A stretch of 64,000 nt of DNA, taken from Candidatus Woesearchaeota archaeon (GTDB lineage: Archaea; Nanobdellota; Nanobdellia; Woesearchaeales; JABIAG01). This document shows, piece by piece, positions 59,312 to 64,000 of this stretch. The DNA is taken from the NCBI GenBank assembly GCA_018653365.1, contig JABIAG010000002.1, positions 42,614-106,613 on the forward strand. The letters run 5' to 3'. The translations under genes were made by a program, and so were the position numbers. Position 1 is the first letter of the stretch, and every line of letters begins with the position of its first letter. The notes below the pieces were generated by a model. That model was given only the letters and a program-made list of their open reading frames with translations, was not told where the DNA came from and searched no databases.

Positions 59312-60145
59312 ATGGCAATGATTGCTTGGAGAGAGACTTTAATGGCAGGAGCATTGCTTGTACCTCTTGCTACTGCAACTCGAACCCCTATTGATTACAA
59401 GCCCAAGAGAATGGCATTTAGTTCTAAGCCCCTTCCAAAACCACCTTCTCGACCTGATGTTTTAACACAGGATGAAGCCTCCTTGTTTAGTCAGGTTAGT
59501 GCGGCAGTTGCCGAAAGACACAGGGTAAGTTTTGGTTTAACTATTATTGATGAGTCCATGTTTCCACCAGGAGTTAGGGGACAAACTATTGCAGATCTTT
59601 GTGCACGAGGTAGATTGCCACGAAGAATTCCTGCAAGATATTTTCCTGCAATCCAAGATATTGTGCAACGCAAGGGTGCACGTTATTTCTTGCGTCGTTT
59701 ATCTTACTTTCAAGAGGAAGTTCAAAAGAAGGATAGTTTGTGGCATAGTGTTTATTTAAGTAATCCCTCTGCCGATGATTTGTATAAGCGTTCAGCATTT
59801 CATGAGATCGGTATGGGTATTTTTGATGTTCTGATGAATGATCATCAAGATCTAATTTTAAACTTTGCTGATATTGATGTTGCTTCTGAGTGTTGGAAGA
59901 CAACTTCTGGAGAGGCACATCCTGCGCATCCATCTTTTTTTAGTTTTTTTTATGCCTCTTGTCCTAAAGCAGATTATGTTTGTAAATTAGTTGGTGCTCG
60001 TCGTACATTTGCAGATATTTATGCATTGAGAATGATGGACTGTATTCCTGATGAATCCGGGGATGTTCTTTTAGATAAAAAGGTTCGGGCTGTTGAACAG
60101 GTGTTGGCTCCGTATAGATTAATGCCTGAATCCGAAAAACAATAA
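59312..60145 (+). CDS. Hypothetical secreted protein with a degenerate zincin-like motif
   Basis: N-terminal hydrophobic stretch; HEIGM...TFADIYA. Confidence 0.6.
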   Translation: MAMIAWRETLMAGALLVPLATATRTPIDYKPKRMAFSSKPLPKPPSRPDVLTQDEASLFSQVSAAVAERHRVSFGLTIIDESMFPPGVRGQTIADLCARGRLPRRIPARYFPAIQDIVQRKGARYFLRRLSYFQEEVQKKDSLWHSVYLSNPSADDLYKRSAFHEIGMGIFDVLMNDHQDLILNFADIDVASECWKTTSGEAHPAHPSFFSFFYASCPKADYVCKLVGARRTFADIYALRMMDCIPDESGDVLLDKKVRAVEQVLAPYRLMPESEKQ

Positions 60146-60180
60146 CGTTTATAAATCTTTTATCTTCTCTTTCATCATAT

Positions 60181-60299
60181 GCCACGGTGGCACAACCTGG
60201 TACTGCGCAAGCCTGGAAACTTACTTCAGTAAGTTCTGAACGTAAGTGAAGATAGCTTGTTTCCGCAAGGATATCCCAGTTCAAATCTGGGTCGTGGCG
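60181..60299 (+). tRNA. tRNA-Ser(GGA) with 35-nt intron at 37/38 (60219-60253)
   Basis: GCCACGG/TCGTGGC; CAAGC-CT-GGA-A[intron]A-GCTTG; long variable arm. Confidence 0.88.
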
Positions 60300-60312
60300 T
60301 ATTTTTTTCAAA

Positions 60313-60975
60313 ATGATCACTAAACCATTTTTAGGATTGGTAAATAAGTTTAAGCCATATTCTTGTAATGCTTCGCATGTTATCAAATTATTTGATCATA
60401 AATCTGATAGTCGGTTTGAAAGTTTTTTAACAGATTCAAGAGTTAGACCGTTGATCATCATGCATTTATTGTTTAATTTTCTTAAAACAGATTTTGTTAT
60501 TGGTCATGAAACTAGGACTTTTTATTATAAGTATGCTGATGAAACTCCAAATCCGCCAAAAGAGATTGTTTTAAAAGAGTCTGTTGTTAATAAACAATTT
60601 TCTGGTGAAGACCTATTTAATCTGTTATTAAGCCGAATTGGTTTAATGCAACTTAATATTCCGTTTGTTGCTTTTGAGGGTGAAGAAAAGTTATCTGAGG
60701 ATGTTGTTCCCTCAAAAGTAGATGAAACTTGGTATGAAGAAGTTGGTGAAGAGGTTTTTTTTAGTTTAGATGGTAGTTTGATTATTTATCCAGATAAGAT
60801 TCTTGTTTCAGATGATTGGAAAGAAAAGGTTGAAACAATCATTTCTTGTTATTATGATACTTTTAATGAGTTTCTTGAATCATCTAAGTCTTTACCTTCT
60901 ATTGATCACAAGTTGTATGTTGAATGGCTGGTTAAGTGGTTTCCTGGAATGATTCATTTTAAGAGTTTAGAATAG
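60313..60975 (+). CDS. Hypothetical protein
   Basis: 220-aa ORF. Confidence 0.6.
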   Translation: MITKPFLGLVNKFKPYSCNASHVIKLFDHKSDSRFESFLTDSRVRPLIIMHLLFNFLKTDFVIGHETRTFYYKYADETPNPPKEIVLKESVVNKQFSGEDLFNLLLSRIGLMQLNIPFVAFEGEEKLSEDVVPSKVDETWYEEVGEEVFFSLDGSLIIYPDKILVSDDWKEKVETIISCYYDTFNEFLESSKSLPSIDHKLYVEWLVKWFPGMIHFKSLE

Positions 60976-61021
60976 TACATTTTACTAAATCTTTTTAAAT
61001 TATGTTCAATTTGTTAAGTGT

Positions 61022-62002
61022 ATGCCTTATATTATGTCTGAAATTGATACGCCGACCTTTCATGCAGGTATTTTTATGAGTGATTGTGATATGATTGCTC
61101 CGGTGATTGTACCTGGTCCGCAAGGTATGCAGACTACTGGTGATTTCTTTCGTGCACACCAACAGGCTCGAGATGTTTTTTTTCCTTGGGCTGCTACTGC
61201 CGGCATTGGCCAGTATTCTTTGAGAGGGGCGTCTGCTAGTTTGTTAACGAAAATTATTGATGATGTTAGATTGCCTACTGGGGCAGAATTGGTTCACAGT
61301 AGAGATTATGATGGGGAGCAACTTGGGGGAGATCGTAAGCTTGTTAGAACAATTATGCTTTCACGAGTTGTTAAAGGAGATCGTCCTAAAGATTTGTATG
61401 GGTTGGTGGAAGATCTTGATCTGGCTACTGTATCTGGAACTGAGTTAGTGCCTCAACACTATGAATTTTTTCATGCAACTAATGAGGGGGATGTTTATCA
61501 GCATCCGTTAATGCGTGATTTAAACACATATTCTCCGGAAGAGATGGTTTTGTTGGGTAAGATTTCATATGGAGAATCTCCTGAGGTTATGGGGTTCTGG
61601 CCAGATGGCGGTAAGGAACGTATTGATTATGCTCCTGCAATTAGTGCGGAGTTTAGGCATGCTTGGGCGCTTGATCATGCAATGAAGCGAACTGAAAATT
61701 ATGATCATATTTTGACGCAAGTTGAGAGGGTTATGGCTGCAAGATTGTTTAAGCTACCTGAAAGTCAAGAAATTCGTGCTTTAATGTTAGAGGACCCAAT
61801 GGTTGGTTGTAGTGCGGGTGTTTGTTCTAATTGTTATCATCCTGTTGCTTTTTGTAATAATGCTTGTCCTTCTGAAACAGGGGGTTGCGGTTATGATTTT
61901 GGTTCTCTGGTTGGTCCTTCAATTGATGTGTGGGAAACTCTCTCTAAGCCAGATAAAGAAAAGTGGGGGTATTCCCATTGCAGAGAAGCGCGTGATTGGT
62001 AG
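61022..62002 (+). CDS. Hypothetical protein with Cys-rich C-terminus
   Basis: CSNC...CP.....CG zinc-ribbon-like. Confidence 0.6.
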   Translation: MPYIMSEIDTPTFHAGIFMSDCDMIAPVIVPGPQGMQTTGDFFRAHQQARDVFFPWAATAGIGQYSLRGASASLLTKIIDDVRLPTGAELVHSRDYDGEQLGGDRKLVRTIMLSRVVKGDRPKDLYGLVEDLDLATVSGTELVPQHYEFFHATNEGDVYQHPLMRDLNTYSPEEMVLLGKISYGESPEVMGFWPDGGKERIDYAPAISAEFRHAWALDHAMKRTENYDHILTQVERVMAARLFKLPESQEIRALMLEDPMVGCSAGVCSNCYHPVAFCNNACPSETGGCGYDFGSLVGPSIDVWETLSKPDKEKWGYSHCREARDW

Positions 62003-62113
62003 TTCTCCTCTTTAGAATAGACGACAACATCGAAAAGTTTATATATTAGTTTATGCAGGATAAACACTAGACGTTTATAATAACGTAAAAAAAATATTTG
62101 GGGGTAAATAAAA

Positions 62114-62350
62114 ATGGCACAAAAAGTTACTAAAGTTGGAGTTAAAAAAGAAAAAGGTTACCTATATTTCGTTGACAAAGCAGGTGATGTTTCTAGAGCA
62201 GTTATGGCAAGAGGCGGTCGAAAGAAAGGACAGAAAGGTAAAAAGGAAAAAGTCGCTAAAGCTGGTGTTAAGAAAGAATCTGGATACTTGTACTTTGTTG
62301 ATAAGCAAGGTGATGTTTCTAGAGCTAAAATGGCTCGTGGAAGGAAATAG
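62114..62350 (+). CDS. Small basic protein with a tandem internal duplication
   Basis: KV.K.GVKKE.GYLYFVDK.GDVSRA.MARG twice; GGGGT RBS. Confidence 0.85.
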   Translation: MAQKVTKVGVKKEKGYLYFVDKAGDVSRAVMARGGRKKGQKGKKEKVAKAGVKKESGYLYFVDKQGDVSRAKMARGRK

Positions 62351-62377
62351 ATTCCTTCATTTTTTATTTTTTTATTT

Positions 62378-62415
62378 CCAACGTGTTGGTGCCAAAAATC
62401 TTGGATTTTTGAGCA
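62378..62415. mobile_element. Type C two-hairpin mini-insert
   Basis: CCAAC-GT-GTTGG then TGC-CAAAAATC-TTG-GATTTTTG-A-GCA. Confidence 0.65.
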
Positions 62416-62456
62416 TTTTAGATAAGTTTTTAAACTAGTTCTGCTTACCCATAAGT

Positions 62457-62855
62457 ATGAAATACTTTAAAGCGTTCGTAGCAGGTATGATTTTGCCAGC
62501 GGTTATAATGCCATTTCTTATTGCATATTTTGTTTTACAGGGTGAAGCAAGTGCTATTGGAAAACTTCCTTTGTTGTACTTTGGTGCATTGTTATGGGGA
62601 GTTTGGAATGTAGTATTTGTAATTACAAGAAAACATGTTCCTATTGTTGATCGTAATGTTAAGTTGGGGGCTTATGGTGTTGTTTACGGACTTATTTCTG
62701 CTTTAGTTAATTCTTTATTGTTTGAGTTTACTTCTGTGATTCCCTCTTTTTCAGATGCTTTCATTATTTGGGCGATTATTGGTTATCCTATTTTACTTTA
62801 CTTTGCTTGGAAGTATGTAGTTAATGCATTTAATCTTATTTTTGAAGTATACTAA
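62457..62855 (+). CDS. Four-TM membrane protein
   Basis: Hydrophobic pattern, WG.WN motif. Confidence 0.75.
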   Translation: MKYFKAFVAGMILPAVIMPFLIAYFVLQGEASAIGKLPLLYFGALLWGVWNVVFVITRKHVPIVDRNVKLGAYGVVYGLISALVNSLLFEFTSVIPSFSDAFIIWAIIGYPILLYFAWKYVVNAFNLIFEVY

Positions 62856-62899
62856 CTTTGTTAGTATGCTCAGAACGAAGTGATGTTGTGTATTAGCTT
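62847..62899 (+). mobile_element. Type B mini-insert between convergent stops
   Basis: ATACTAAC-TTT-GTTAGTAT overlapping ATGCTCAGAACGAAGTGATGTTGTG. Confidence 0.7.
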
Positions 62900-63722
62900 A
62901 ATCAAGAGGATTTTTTATATTCGAAATATCTTTGTTTGATACTTGTGTGTAAATTTCTGTAGTGCTTATGTCACTATGCCCTAATAATTTTTGAATGTAT
63001 CTTATGTCTACTCCTTGTTCAAGTAAATGGGTTGCAAATGAGTGTCTTAACATATGTGGATGGGTTTTTATTCCTATTTTATTTCCTAACGCTTCAAGCA
63101 CTTTTTGTACAGATTTTTGTGAATATTTGCCTTTTCTACCTTCTAAAATATATTTTGTTTTAAAGTTTGTATTACTATAATACTTTAAAATATCTAATTG
63201 TAATGATTTAGCAAGTATTGTTATTCTATCTCTTTTCCCTTTCCCCCCTTTGATAAAAACCGTATTCCTATCAAAATCAATATCTGTTCTTTTTAAGTTG
63301 AGCAACTCACTTAATCGTATTCCAGTAGAATAAAGTAGTTTAATTATTATTTTGTGTTTTAAATTATTTGTTGAGTTAATCAACTGTTGAATATTTTCTT
63401 TACTCAAAACTTTTGGCAATTGCTTTTCTTTCTTTTTAATGGGGATGGCTTTTGTAGAAAATGGGTTTTTTAGCACATTTTTAAAAAAGAAATTTAATGA
63501 TGCATAATGAAGTCGGCTTGAATTAATACTTAAATTAAGAGAAAGTAAATAATACCTAACTCCTTTATCGTCCATATTAAACCTACTTTTATCTAAAAAC
63601 ATTAAAAATTTATTAACACATGAAGAGTAACTATCAAATGTTTTCTTGCTATACCCTCTTAGTTCACACTCCTCTTTTAATTTTATTAAATAGTTCTCTA
63701 AATCGTTAGCGCAACCCATCAA
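62898..63722 (-). CDS. xerA: Xer-family tyrosine recombinase
   Basis: TGIRLSE, GKGKRDR, HMLRHSFATH, LLGH, TTEIY. Confidence 0.9.
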   Translation of the reverse strand: MMGCANDLENYLIKLKEECELRGYSKKTFDSYSSCVNKFLMFLDKSRFNMDDKGVRYYLLSLNLSINSSRLHYASLNFFFKNVLKNPFSTKAIPIKKKEKQLPKVLSKENIQQLINSTNNLKHKIIIKLLYSTGIRLSELLNLKRTDIDFDRNTVFIKGGKGKRDRITILAKSLQLDILKYYSNTNFKTKYILEGRKGKYSQKSVQKVLEALGNKIGIKTHPHMLRHSFATHLLEQGVDIRYIQKLLGHSDISTTEIYTQVSNKDISNIKNPLD

Positions 63723-63844
63723 AATAGGTTAAAAACATTATTAATAAATTTTGCCAAGAAAAATTCGGAAAGGTTTCAAAAAGTTTGGAAAACTTACGAA
63801 AACAAGGTCAACCACTTTCTGCGGTTGTATTATGCCTACAAAAA

Positions 63845-63872
63845 AGTAGGCATAATGCATGTTATGTCTAAT
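63845..63872 (+). other. dif-like 11-6-11 recombination site
   Basis: AGTAGGCATAA-TGCATG-TTATGTCTAAT; 21/28 match to E. coli dif as recalled. Confidence 0.75.
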
Positions 63873-63931
63873 TTCTAAATCTCTAAAATATAAAACGCCC
63901 CCCTTTCTTTAAAATTGAAATAAAAAAATAG

Positions 63932-64000
63932 CTATCTAAATCTATCAACAAAATCTTTAAATTCTTCTTTTACTATTTGATTTTGTTCTATATCATATAA
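63932..64000 (-). CDS. Possible 3' end of a CDS entering from outside the window
   Basis: Open frame LYDIEQNQIVKEEFKDFVDRFR-stop. Confidence 0.35.
   Translation of the reverse strand, partial: LYDIEQNQIVKEEFKDFVDRFR

Noticed and set aside
204-63180. Many antisense or overlapping ORFs in the track (e.g. 710-1129, 2663-3280, 4278-5051, 55326-55967, 53322-53774, 39278-39670)
   Set aside because: Shadows of real genes or tRNAs, with no motifs.
62898-63722. True integron integrase IntI
   Set aside because: Lacks the IntI-specific insertion before the HxLRH box, and no attC consensus was seen.

Overview
Low-GC, gene-dense archaeal chromosome segment. Gene content (GatE, RFC-L, NurA, Spt5/SecE/FtsZ/L11, CDC48, Elp3, DTD2, BHB tRNA introns, TATA promoters) and many short orphan ORFs are most consistent with a DPANN archaeon (Woesearchaeota-like; inference). 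It holds about 65 CDS and 7 tRNAs, 4 with introns; no rRNA or CRISPR array is seen. Main finding: a dispersed family of tiny (about 25-65 nt) structured inserts with more than 15 copies, built from bulged hairpins with tandem GA/GA pairs and GAA/GTAA loops, or AAAATC-n-GATTTT palindromes. They show compensatory base changes, occur in both orientations, are often flanked by 7-46 bp target-like duplications (tRNA 3' ends, TATA boxes, convergent stop codons), form the body of three tRNA introns, and bracket whole genes (ybjQ-like, ppdK). Also notable: a PVC-bacterial-type DUF1559/H-X9-DG prepilin-like gene, an unlisted RHH repressor with a 5x9-bp operator array coupled to a surface glycoprotein, and a Xer recombinase with an adjacent dif-like site. 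Protein family calls come from motif recognition only; no searches were run.
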